Positions 17,416 to 26,008 of a stretch of DNA of 49,923 nt are shown one piece after another (position 1 is the first letter of the stretch; each line of letters begins with the position of its first letter). The DNA lies in the NCBI GenBank assembly GCA_030615265.1, contig JAUWZP010000003.1, positions 1 to 49,923 on the forward strand, read 5' to 3'. A program made the translations under genes and the position numbers. Source of the DNA: Candidatus Bathyarchaeota archaeon (GTDB taxonomy: Archaea > Thermoproteota > Bathyarchaeia > Bathyarchaeales > Bathyarchaeaceae). The notes under the pieces are model-generated. The model was not told where the DNA came from. It saw nothing but the letters and a program-made list of their open reading frames with translations, and did no database searches.

Positions 17416-17990
17416 AACGTTGGATGATCTTTTTAGGCCGTGGAGGCACAGTTCTCTTAAGTATAGGTTTCGCGTTGCTCCTTGTTTCGCTTATTCCCCC
17501 TGCCGGCATAGCCAGTAGGAGTGGACAGGGCAGATTAAGTTCTGAAAGCTTTCTAATACCTTTTGGGCGTGTTCTAACACCACAACAAGGCTTGGAAGTA
17601 ACAATCACAGCCGACGACACGATAACCGTCTACATACTCGAAGTGAGCCAAGAAATCATAGACGCCTGGATTATAGAGCAACCTCCACCAGGACCACCAA
17701 GACTGGAAGATTTTCTGGAGGAAAATCCCGACGTGATTAGTTCACAGAAAGAAGCGCGTGAAGTAAAAATCGATTATATGCCAACCAAAGTCATGGATGT
17801 CACGTTAGCCCTCTCTAATCTCAGTTCAGAACCTGTCAATTTCAGTTTTGATTACCTCATAACAAGCGTGGTAGCCCCTGGAACCAAAGTTCGAAACCTA
17901 GCCCAGTGGACAATCCCGATAGGATTCGTACTTGCCCTGCCCTGGCTTGCCCAATTGTGGAAAGAGAAAAACACACATACAGACCAGTAG
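17412..17990 (+). CDS. Membrane-anchored hypothetical protein (ABC operon partner)
   Basis: N- and C-terminal TMs; ATGA overlap with the permease. Confidence 0.75.
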   Translation: MKRWMIFLGRGGTVLLSIGFALLLVSLIPPAGIASRSGQGRLSSESFLIPFGRVLTPQQGLEVTITADDTITVYILEVSQEIIDAWIIEQPPPGPPRLEDFLEENPDVISSQKEAREVKIDYMPTKVMDVTLALSNLSSEPVNFSFDYLITSVVAPGTKVRNLAQWTIPIGFVLALPWLAQLWKEKNTHTDQ

Positions 17991-18000
17991 TGCATTCGAA

Positions 18001-18060
18001 AAAAAGGGAGTTTGCGGGAGACATCACCAGTGCACCGTAGGTTCAAATCCCACCTACCAC
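18001..18060 (+). repeat. R1 repeat copy with a tRNA T-arm-like end
   Basis: AAAAAGGGAGTT-TGCGGGAGACATCACCA-N10-GGTTCAAATCCCACC. Confidence 0.7.
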
Positions 18061-18109
18061 TATCTTTTTCTAGCTGTGATCAAATGGTACAGTCTTTGAG
18101 GAGTGACCG

Positions 18110-18619
18110 ATGGCAAAGGGGTTAATCAAAATGATATTCGCTCGACGTAGTATACGCAAATACACAGCCAAACCAGTTAGTGAGAATGACATTAAGACGA
18201 TGCTGGAAGCTGCCATGGCGGCTCCTTCATCTTCAAACCACAAGCCTTGGCACTTCGTCGTAGTGACTGACCGGCAGATACTGGACAATCTGGCTAAGGT
18301 TCATCCCCACGGAAAGTTGCTGTTTGAAGCGCCTCTCTGCATAGCGGTATGTGGCGACAAAACGATCTCGCCAAGCGCTTGGGTACAAGATTGCTCCGCA
18401 TCTACCGAGAACCTTCTCTTGGCAGCTGCTGCATTGGGTCTTGGCGCAGTCTGGCTTGGTGTTCACCCCAGAGAAGACCGCGTTGGTCCCATAAGGAAGG
18501 TGCTGAATATCCCAGAGACCATTGTTCCTCTTAACCTGATTTCTATAGGTCATCCGGCGGAAGAGAAAGAACCGCGCACCCAGTACGACGAGCTACGAGT
18601 GCATCATGAACACTGGTAA
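18110..18619 (+). CDS. Nitroreductase family protein
   Basis: RRSIRKY, APSSSNHKPWHFVVV, ENLLLAAAALGLGAVW. Confidence 0.95.
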   Translation: MAKGLIKMIFARRSIRKYTAKPVSENDIKTMLEAAMAAPSSSNHKPWHFVVVTDRQILDNLAKVHPHGKLLFEAPLCIAVCGDKTISPSAWVQDCSASTENLLLAAAALGLGAVWLGVHPREDRVGPIRKVLNIPETIVPLNLISIGHPAEEKEPRTQYDELRVHHEHW

Positions 18620-18643
18620 GATAGCCAGACATAGAGGATTTAG

Positions 18644-19501
18644 ATGTTGGATTCTGTTGCTCTGGTGAATTATGAGGGCGATGTTCGGAAGGCTCTTGAA
18701 GAGGGTGTTGAACTGATAGGTGGTTTAGGAGTCTTAAGATCACCTCTCATAGTCAAGCCTAATATCTGTACACATGTGGACAAGACAGGATTCGCCGTAA
18801 CCCATGTAGAGGTAGTTGAGGCTTTAGTAAAACTGGTTCTCAAAGAGAATGAGAACCTATCGATCAAGATAGTAGAGTCAGACAGTGAATCCAAGTTTGT
18901 TGATGAAGCTTTTGAGAAATTCGAGTACAGAGGGTTAGAGGAAAAAATGCGGAGTTTAGGCTTCGACGTATCTCTGGTCAATCTCAGTCGTTCCCCGACT
19001 GTCTCGGCTAATCTGAAAGGGCTTTACTTCAAAAATCCTAAACTTCCCGATATAATTGTTAGACCTAGATACTTCGTCTCGGTGGCTGTGGCAAAAACCC
19101 ACCCTTTAACCTTCGTAACTGGAACATTGAAGAACCTCTTCGGGCTCCTTCCAAGAAAAGACCAATCATTCTACCATGCCCATATTAATGATGTAATCGT
19201 TGACTTGAACAGGCTTGTAAGACCAGATCTCTGCATCGTCGACGCAAGAGTGGGTCTCGAAGGTTGGGAAGGTCCAGAAACAAGGCGTATTGGCGTGTTT
19301 ATCGTTGGAAGGAAATCCGCGTCCGTGGATGCTACCATGGCTAGAGTTATGGGGTTCGAACCAGAGAAGATTTGTCATCTTGCGAAAGCAGAGAAATATG
19401 AGCTCGGCACGCTGGATCCTAAGGTTTTAGGGATGAGCCTCAAGTCTGCAAAAGTGAAGTTTAGTTCACCACAAGATTTGTCCCCGAACGCCCTTCGATG
19501 A
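18644..19501 (+). CDS. DUF362 domain protein
   Basis: IVKPN, KTH...TGTLKNLFG, IVDA...GP, VDATMARVMGF. Confidence 0.85.
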   Translation: MLDSVALVNYEGDVRKALEEGVELIGGLGVLRSPLIVKPNICTHVDKTGFAVTHVEVVEALVKLVLKENENLSIKIVESDSESKFVDEAFEKFEYRGLEEKMRSLGFDVSLVNLSRSPTVSANLKGLYFKNPKLPDIIVRPRYFVSVAVAKTHPLTFVTGTLKNLFGLLPRKDQSFYHAHINDVIVDLNRLVRPDLCIVDARVGLEGWEGPETRRIGVFIVGRKSASVDATMARVMGFEPEKICHLAKAEKYELGTLDPKVLGMSLKSAKVKFSSPQDLSPNALR

Positions 19502-19538
19502 TTGCGCACTCGTTTCCCGCTTAGAAAAAATGCGGAAA

Positions 19539-19576
19539 TGCGGGAGACATCTCCAAGCATTGGTGGGTTCAAGTCC
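19539..19576 (+). repeat. R1 repeat copy with a tRNA T-loop-like end
   Basis: TGCGGGAGACATCTCCA-N10-GGTTCAAGTCC. Confidence 0.7.
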
Positions 19577-19598
19577 AGTCCAGGATACAATACATTGT

Positions 19599-19612
19599 AT
19601 GCATGCATGCAT
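19599..19612. repeat. (ATGC)n tract
   Basis: ATGCATGCATGCAT. Confidence 0.9.
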
Positions 19613-19645
19613 TTACCTCATGTTTAATTTCACAATCGAGGTCTA

Positions 19646-20857
19646 TCAAGGTTTTTGCGGGACTGGTTGATCTATTGTTAGAAAGTAGAAGAGTATCGCT
19701 GCGACGATACCCATCACTCCAAGGATACTGCCCATAACTTCGTAATTGAACAAAACAAGTGCCAATCCTCCTAGTGCTGAACCGAGGGCGTTTCCCAGAC
19801 TTAGAGCAGCCGAGTTTATAGACATCATCGTGCCACGGAATCTTGGTACCTGTTCAAGAGTTAAACTATTAGCTGCTGAAGATGCCATGCCCGAAAACCA
19901 AGTACCGAAGAAATTCAAAGCCAAAGAAAGCCATAAATTCGGCAGATAAACGAAGGAGATTATGAATATACCGGCTAAAAGAGCAGTCAAGACCGTTAAG
20001 CTCTTCCGTCCAAACTTGTTTACAAGCCGACCCGCAAACAAGCTACCCAAAGTGTAGCATAAAGCTGCTCCTATTATTATTAGGGATGCAGAATCTGTTG
20101 ATACCAGAAACTGCTGTCTGAAAAATGATACCCCATAAAGGACAATTGCAACAAACGAGGCAGTGCGAAAAACATTACCAGCCAAGCAAGCAGCCGCAGA
20201 TTTGTTTAGCATGACTCCTCTAAAGCTTCCCAGATAAGTTGTCTTGTTAACTGTCAGCTGCTCACGTGATGTGGATGGAAGGCCAATAAGAGCTAGAAGG
20301 AGACTTGCAAGTGACACAGGAATCACAAATCCTAAGAGGGTCATTCGCCAGCCCCCAATGTCTGCAATTAAAACGATTATTGGAGCTCCAACGAGATATG
20401 ATAGAGACCCCGCAGCTATAATCCATCCAACGGCATTCCCTCTCTTCTCTAAATGTAAGCGTTCCCCGACTAGGGTAATAACCATTGGGAAAACCATGGC
20501 TGTACCTACTCCACTTAGAGAATAGGATATGAGCATTAAGTTGAAGTTGGAAGCCAGAAGACAACCTAAAGCTGAAACTCCGACACATAACAGACCAATA
20601 AGCAGCAATGATTTATGTCTGAATTTAACACTCAAAATGCCCATGAACAACGCGAAGACTACTGAGATAACGGAAGAAAAAGTGTTAATCTGTCCTGCGA
20701 CGCCCACTGAAACTTCGAATGTTAGTGCTATGTCAATTAGAAGTAATGTTATCAGAACTCCCAAGGGTCCTGTCGCAAAATTAGAGATGGCCAATGCGGG
20801 AAGAAACAAGCTTCCAGGAGAGGCTCTCTCTTTGGCGATACTTGAATTGTCATTCAT
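19646..20857 (-). CDS. MFS transporter
   Basis: About 12 TMs; GRLVNKFGRK motif A. Start set to ATG 20857 because the longer track ORF runs through an (ATGC)n tract. Confidence 0.9.
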   Translation of the reverse strand: MNDNSSIAKERASPGSLFLPALAISNFATGPLGVLITLLLIDIALTFEVSVGVAGQINTFSSVISVVFALFMGILSVKFRHKSLLLIGLLCVGVSALGCLLASNFNLMLISYSLSGVGTAMVFPMVITLVGERLHLEKRGNAVGWIIAAGSLSYLVGAPIIVLIADIGGWRMTLLGFVIPVSLASLLLALIGLPSTSREQLTVNKTTYLGSFRGVMLNKSAAACLAGNVFRTASFVAIVLYGVSFFRQQFLVSTDSASLIIIGAALCYTLGSLFAGRLVNKFGRKSLTVLTALLAGIFIISFVYLPNLWLSLALNFFGTWFSGMASSAANSLTLEQVPRFRGTMMSINSAALSLGNALGSALGGLALVLFNYEVMGSILGVMGIVAAILFYFLTIDQPVPQKP

Positions 20858-20948
20858 GTTCTGCAAACTCTGTTGGGTCGGAATGGATATACGAGCGCCG
20901 ATCTTTGTGAATAGGGTTTTGATGCTTTTGTGATTTTCGTGTAGTTTG

Positions 20949-20961
20949 GCATGCATGCATG
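20949..20961. repeat. (ATGC)n tract
   Basis: GCATGCATGCATG. Confidence 0.9.
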
Positions 20962-21029
20962 GACAAGAAATAAGTAGAAACAGGAGACCCAATTATTCAC
21001 ATACCAAAGAGAAGAAAAAAGGTGGTCCC

Positions 21030-21227
21030 ATGAAACAAAGAAACCTAAGATACATAGGTATTGCCTTAATAATTGGAGGGATAATGTTGTTTTTTGATGG
21101 ATTAGGTAGTCTAATCCTCCCAGCAAACTATCATGATTTTTGGTTTGACTTAGAGAGAGTCTTTAGAACAATAGGGAGTCTTCTGTTAATTATCCTAGGA
21201 GCATATTTTGTGAAGGAGACGACATGA
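21030..21227 (+). CDS. Small two-TM membrane protein
   Basis: GGTGG before ATG 21030; two hydrophobic helices. Confidence 0.7.
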   Translation: MKQRNLRYIGIALIIGGIMLFFDGLGSLILPANYHDFWFDLERVFRTIGSLLLIILGAYFVKETT

Positions 21228-21242
21228 ACATACATGTGCAAG

Positions 21243-21286
21243 AAAAGGGAAAGTCAGACCTAGAAGTTTTCTCCTTAAATTATTAA
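21243..21286 (+). repeat. R2 repeat copy
   Basis: AAAAGGGAAAGTCA-N6-GAAGTTTTCTCCTTAAATTATTAA. Confidence 0.85.
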
Positions 21287-21551
21287 CCCCACACACACCC
21301 TCAAACTGCGAAGAGGATTTAGAAACACAAAATAAACGTAAAAACTGTCGTGCCCCAAGTGCACAACCCAAAAAACCTCTATCAGCAAGGAGTGGCCCTG
21401 CAACCCACGTCAAACCAAGGAATTTCTAAACACCCTAGCGGGCATCACGATTCAAGCGCGGAACTTGGATTCCGAATCCGAACTGTCAATTCATAATCCT
21501 TTTACCCTTACCGTTGAAGAAACTAGAAAATCAACAGAGGGAATAATCTAA

Positions 21552-22214
21552 ATGTGGAAAAAACGAATCTCAATCGCTTTGATGCTAGTGTGCTCTCTAC
21601 TGCTGGTTTCTTCGATCGCACAGGCTGCAACAATAATTGCATGCGCTTTCGACAAGGACGGGTATTATCCGGGTCAAACAGGCTACATCGCAGTCACAGT
21701 ATACAACGATGAGGAAAGCACGATCAGGGTCGATAAGCTTTCTGCAACCATAGACTACTACTACACTGATGAAGATGTCTACCTGCAAACATTCTTCAAC
21801 TATCCTGATCCCCCGAAGGAAATCTTACAAGGAGAATCCTATACTTTCAACATTGATTTCAGCCTGCCAACGAACGTAGCCCCTGGTTACACAACTCTTC
21901 ATGTAAAAGCCGAAACCGAAATTTGGAACGACGGCTCTGAGTGGCGGGGATCAGACCATCCAACCTACAGTCCGACACTCTACATAGAATCGCCCTACAA
22001 GAACCAGTTAGAGGCACAAGAGGCAGCCAACCAAGAACTAGAGACAACCAACCAGCAGGTAACGGGACAATTACATGAACAACAGATACTCAACCAACAG
22101 ATCACAAATATGATGTACGTTCTGGGAGCTACCGCAGTGGGTTTCGCCGCTGTGATAGGACTACTACTCTTACTCCTCAAAAAAGCAAGAATCCTTGCAC
22201 AGCCTGCAGCCTAG
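21552..22214 (+). CDS. Exported Ig-like protein with coiled coil and C-terminal TM anchor
   Basis: Signal peptide, beta-rich domain, Q/E coiled coil, TM followed by KK. Confidence 0.75.
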   Translation: MWKKRISIALMLVCSLLLVSSIAQAATIIACAFDKDGYYPGQTGYIAVTVYNDEESTIRVDKLSATIDYYYTDEDVYLQTFFNYPDPPKEILQGESYTFNIDFSLPTNVAPGYTTLHVKAETEIWNDGSEWRGSDHPTYSPTLYIESPYKNQLEAQEAANQELETTNQQVTGQLHEQQILNQQITNMMYVLGATAVGFAAVIGLLLLLLKKARILAQPAA

Positions 22215-22332
22215 TCAAAGCGCACCCAAAGTCTACTACTCTTCAACATGATAGCGTGAGCAATGCGCCCAAAGGTTCATTGAATATTATATCAAACAAG
22301 ATGAAGTAAACACTAGACCAAAAAGGGGAGAG

Positions 22333-22482
22333 TTAGTGCTTGCACAATGATGTACGAACTATTCTCCTAATAGCTGGTCTAGAAGGACACTCCACGTATA
22401 TCACAGGGCAAGATTCATTTTCACAATTCCATTTGCTGGACGCTTTCACCAAAGGTTCTCCACAATCTGGGCAATCTACCAA
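22333..22482 (-). CDS. Small Zn-finger protein (49 aa; not in ORF track)
   Basis: GGTGA then TTG; MVDCPDCGEPLVKASSKWNCENESCPVIYVECPSRPAIRRIVRTSLCKH*; followed by a CCCCTTTTT terminator-like tract. Confidence 0.65.
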   Translation of the reverse strand: MVDCPDCGEPLVKASSKWNCENESCPVIYVECPSRPAIRRIVRTSLCKH

Positions 22483-22540
22483 GTTCTCACCATGAACACA
22501 TTAGAAAGTGGAATGTAAAAGAATTATGAACCTAGGATTC

Positions 22541-22623
22541 TAAAGCAAAATCCATGAACCCTCAAAAAAGGGAAAGTCAAGCATGGAACTTTTCTCCTTA
22601 AATTATTAATGCACCTTGAAATG
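22541..22623 (+). repeat. R2 repeat copy (longest; imperfect palindrome)
   Basis: TAAAGCAAAATCCATG...AAAAGGGAAAGTCAAG-CATGGAACTTTTCTCCTTAAATTATTAATGCACCTTGAAATG. Confidence 0.85.
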
Positions 22624-22641
22624 ATGTAACGTATATATGCA

Positions 22642-23115
22642 ATGAGTGGAAGGTTGGTGATTCTTGATTTGAGCTTCTTTGTCAATGCTCCTCAAGAAGA
22701 GGCGTTTCAGTTAATGACAGACTTTTTTAATGGAAGAGGTATGAGAATACTAACCTCAAACTTACCTTCATATGTAAAGGCAGAATTTGGTTCTTGGACT
22801 TCCATATCCCTTGACAATGCAAAAGGAGAGGTCAAAGTTGATCTAGCAAAAGCAAATCGTGGAAGTTATGCAAATCTCCACTTTAGCTTTTCTTCGGAAT
22901 ACCTTATGGGTTTTGCAGTTACACTGTTTTTTGCAGCTACCACGTACATCATCTACGCAATGCTTGAAATCCCTATCAGGTTTGCACTGATCGTAATATT
23001 AGTTGAAGTCATCTTTGTTGTATGTATCATTGGATACTCGGTCTCACTGACAAGGAGAAGATTCATAGAAGAGTTCAACATGTTTCTACAGTCCTTGGCT
23101 TCGAAGAGAGAGTGA
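22642..23115 (+). CDS. Hypothetical membrane protein
   Basis: Soluble N-terminal domain plus two TMs; the stop codon overlaps an (ATGC)n tract. Confidence 0.7.
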   Translation: MSGRLVILDLSFFVNAPQEEAFQLMTDFFNGRGMRILTSNLPSYVKAEFGSWTSISLDNAKGEVKVDLAKANRGSYANLHFSFSSEYLMGFAVTLFFAATTYIIYAMLEIPIRFALIVILVEVIFVVCIIGYSVSLTRRRFIEEFNMFLQSLASKRE

Positions 23116-23126
23116 TGCATGCATGC
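23115..23126. repeat. (ATGC)n tract
   Basis: ATGCATGCATGC joining two genes. Confidence 0.9.
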
Positions 23127-24166
23127 CTGTTGTTGGGATGGCTATTATGAATGAGAAAACTTTGGTAAAAATCCTGACAAAATCACTGAAGAAGGCTTTC
23201 TGGTTGGTTTTGCCTGAATTCGGAGTGCAGTCATACGAGGGCTTCAAGAAGGTTGATGTAACAGCTTTCAAATGGAAGAATGAAGTGGATGTTGAAGTAG
23301 TTCCGTTCGAATGCAAGTGCCAAAAGACTGCTAGGGACAGCTTTCTTGCTGCCTTAGGACAAGCTGTTGAGTATCAACGGTTCTTTCCGGAGGTCTTCAT
23401 AGTCACTCAAAACGATAAGCTATTTCCAGATCAAAAGTTGATCCTTGAAAAACTTGGTCTGGGTCTGATGATGATCAACGAGCTGGAAGAACTTGAACGC
23501 GGTGTTGAGCCGTCGATGAACGGAAATGTTCTTTATGATGAGAGTCTGTTTTCTAATCAGGTCAGAAATAGAGCTGTCTTGCTACTTGTTTTCAACGAAT
23601 TGTTTCCTGAAGCATGTAAGAATAGCTACTTTGGCGGTCAGAGTAGAGGAGAACTGTGGATCTACAACAAGCCGATCGGTGAAGTCCAGATTCGTGCTTG
23701 GACAGGTATAGAAAGTGCCTCTTACCTTGGCATCAACATCGAAGCAGTCAAGCTAATTAGGAATATCACCAGAAACTTGGATTTGGATGAGCTCTTAGCA
23801 GTCTTCAGCAAATTACCTCCTGAATATACAGTGGACTTTGGCGAGAGAGCAACAATAAAGGACAAAAGTGGACATCCGATTCGTTTAGACAGACAAAAAG
23901 GAACTATCCCCATTGAGGGATCTATCTTTGAAAGCCAAAGATTTAGCGAAAGTGGTTTCTCAGCGTGTAATCTAGCAAAGGAACAAATACAGAAGGAGAT
24001 TATCGAGAGAAGCAAGAAACTGAACTTCTATACACATCTGCTAATTGACAAGAAAGTTTGGGATGTTAAAAGCACATTGACAAGAGACCAATACTTCAGA
24101 GAGATTCACAAAGCCAAGGAAACTTTGGATGAAATCTATAGAAGATTGACGCAATGGGCAGAATGA
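23123..24166 (+). CDS. PD-(D/E)XK restriction-endonuclease-like protein (start possibly 23147)
   Basis: VDVTAF...PFECK and ALGQAVEY (QxxxY) motifs. Confidence 0.7.
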   Translation: MPVVGMAIMNEKTLVKILTKSLKKAFWLVLPEFGVQSYEGFKKVDVTAFKWKNEVDVEVVPFECKCQKTARDSFLAALGQAVEYQRFFPEVFIVTQNDKLFPDQKLILEKLGLGLMMINELEELERGVEPSMNGNVLYDESLFSNQVRNRAVLLLVFNELFPEACKNSYFGGQSRGELWIYNKPIGEVQIRAWTGIESASYLGINIEAVKLIRNITRNLDLDELLAVFSKLPPEYTVDFGERATIKDKSGHPIRLDRQKGTIPIEGSIFESQRFSESGFSACNLAKEQIQKEIIERSKKLNFYTHLLIDKKVWDVKSTLTRDQYFREIHKAKETLDEIYRRLTQWAE

Positions 24167-24450
24167 AAACATGCGAGCGCTCCATATGTATGCATTTCAG
24201 TTAGCCTCTTCGTTTATGCATGCATATTATACCTTTCATTTGATTTCAAATTCTAACATGGTATGTATGCATTCTCTGCTGTCGAGTCGTGGTCTAAGCT
24301 CCTTCTCTTCGCTCATGAGAATCACATTAGAAAAATGGGGCGTCTAGGAAGATAGTCCTGAAGTGTACACTTTAGCCCTTGAAGTACGCCATTTTTTTCT
24401 TCATACAGCCAAATACATGCATGTTGTGTTGGGAAATATGAAGAACGAAC

Positions 24451-25113
24451 CTACGGTCTCCGTAAAGTATCCCCCGATTCCCGGAGCTCAATCGTTCCGA
24501 CGCACGGATCATATAACTCGTTAAATTCGTCTGGATTACTAATTGTCCGCATAGCTGCGAAGGCACGGATGCGAGTTTGCGGAAAAACATCTGCCAACCG
24601 ATTCGCAGCACCTAGGAGAGTTGCGCCACGCGTGACTATGTCATCGACCAACACAATTTCATCTGGTTTGATGAGATGCCCCCTGATTCCCATTGACTCG
24701 TAGTGTTCAGTGGGAATTGGTCTCTCCTGTGGTACGCTTGATGCCGCCTTAGGCACAGGTTTAACCCGAACAAGGCACGGAAAAACCATGTTTCCGAACC
24801 CCATTCTGGCTAGAGCCGTAGCAATTCGCTCGGGAACCCACAGCGTGTCTGGTTGCATCAAAGAACTCTTTGGAGTGGGAACTAGGATTGTGTTAGGTTG
24901 AAAAAATGAAGTAAATGGGAGTGTTGCTCTATTTTGTTGTATTGTCTGCGCTACCCATTTTGACATTAGGACTCCTTGCGCGTACGCTGGGTCTTCAACA
25001 AATCTTTCATTCTTAAGTGCAATCATAAAATCCCTAGCATGCCGTATTTTAGGCGAATTCCCTCGAGGTGTATACGATAAGAGCGCACTAAACTCAAGTT
25101 GAGCTAGGCGCAT
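24451..25113 (-). CDS. Phosphoribosyltransferase (ComF / ShosT-like)
   Basis: LVPTPKS and the PRPP-binding loop IVLVDDIVTRGATL. Confidence 0.88.
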   Translation of the reverse strand: MRLAQLEFSALLSYTPRGNSPKIRHARDFMIALKNERFVEDPAYAQGVLMSKWVAQTIQQNRATLPFTSFFQPNTILVPTPKSSLMQPDTLWVPERIATALARMGFGNMVFPCLVRVKPVPKAASSVPQERPIPTEHYESMGIRGHLIKPDEIVLVDDIVTRGATLLGAANRLADVFPQTRIRAFAAMRTISNPDEFNELYDPCVGTIELRESGDTLRRP

Positions 25114-25116
25114 GGC

Positions 25117-25812
25117 TCATGGAGCAACCTTGAGGATTCTTCCGCTGAACGGTAAAACATCCAGCACTTCTTTTGGATCAGTGAGTACCATGGCTCCATA
25201 CTCGAGCATCTTCTTTGGCCAACTCAATGAAGAGTCATTCATGATGGAACTCCAAATGAAGAGCGGTCGTCCAAGCCTGAGAGCCTCCCATCCTTGATGC
25301 AGAGAGCCGCTGGTATCCCCCGCCTCGACAATGATTGAGGCGTCAGAAATGAGTGCCATCAGTCGATTTCGAATAACGAAATTTTTCCGCTGAGTTGGAT
25401 ACCCCATTGGAAATTGGGAAATCGCCATGTGGTGGCGCATAATGACCTCTTGAAGTCGGGAGTTTTTTTGTGGGTAAACGCGGTCTAAGGATGTTCCGAG
25501 AACCGCGATCGTGTGTCCCCCCTCTTCAATGGCGGCTTTGTGTGCCGAAGTGTCAATTCCCTCAGCAAGCCCGCTAACAACTATGGCCTTTCCTTTGACA
25601 AGAGTTCTTGCAATGTCACTTGCTGCTTGGAGACCTTCCGGAGACGCTTTCCTTGAGCCTATTACTGCTGACCTCGGACTTGGCAGCGGAATCGGCAGAT
25701 CACCTGCCACGTAGAGTTCCTTTGGAGCATACTTGTCTTCCACATCGTTTAGCGGACCCACAAGATCCTCGAAGGTGTGAGTTGAGGTTTTTATTCCTTT
25801 TTGCATCTCCAT
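25117..25812 (-). CDS. DprA/Smf-like protein (Rossmann domain only)
   Basis: AVIGSR, VSGLAEGID, RNRLMALIS, VEAGDTSGSLH. The track's N-terminal extension crosses (ATGC)n tracts and is probably spurious. Confidence 0.9.
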   Translation of the reverse strand: MEMQKGIKTSTHTFEDLVGPLNDVEDKYAPKELYVAGDLPIPLPSPRSAVIGSRKASPEGLQAASDIARTLVKGKAIVVSGLAEGIDTSAHKAAIEEGGHTIAVLGTSLDRVYPQKNSRLQEVIMRHHMAISQFPMGYPTQRKNFVIRNRLMALISDASIIVEAGDTSGSLHQGWEALRLGRPLFIWSSIMNDSSLSWPKKMLEYGAMVLTDPKEVLDVLPFSGRILKVAP

Positions 25813-25875
25813 CAATCTTTCCTGAGAAATCACGACTATTAATAGTCTTTCATGGAAATTTATAACACTATCGCT

Positions 25876-25928
25876 ATGCATGCATGGGGAGTTTTGCGGG
25901 GGATCTCTCCACTCTTGCATGCATACAT
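25876..25928. repeat. R1 copy between two (ATGC)n tracts
   Basis: ATGCATGCATG-GGGAGTTT-TGCGGGGGATCTCTCCACTC-T-TGCATGCATACAT. Confidence 0.8.
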
Positions 25929-26008
25929 TCCGTATCAGTCTAGCCTGCACTGCAAAAGCGAAAAGAAAAAAGGGAGTTTAGAACGTACTTTTCAAGAAGG
26001 AAAACAGT

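Noticed and set aside
18030-18060. tRNA gene suggested by GGTTCAAATCCC (also at 19566-76)
   Set aside because: No D arm, anticodon arm or acceptor pairing can be built; treated as part of repeat R1.
25813-25950. N-terminal extensions of DprA, the MFS transporter (20858-20992), the 20946 ORF and rubredoxin (to 15398) in the ORF track
   Set aside because: They run through (ATGC)n tracts, which supply spurious ATGs and CMH/HAC peptides; family-like sequence starts downstream.
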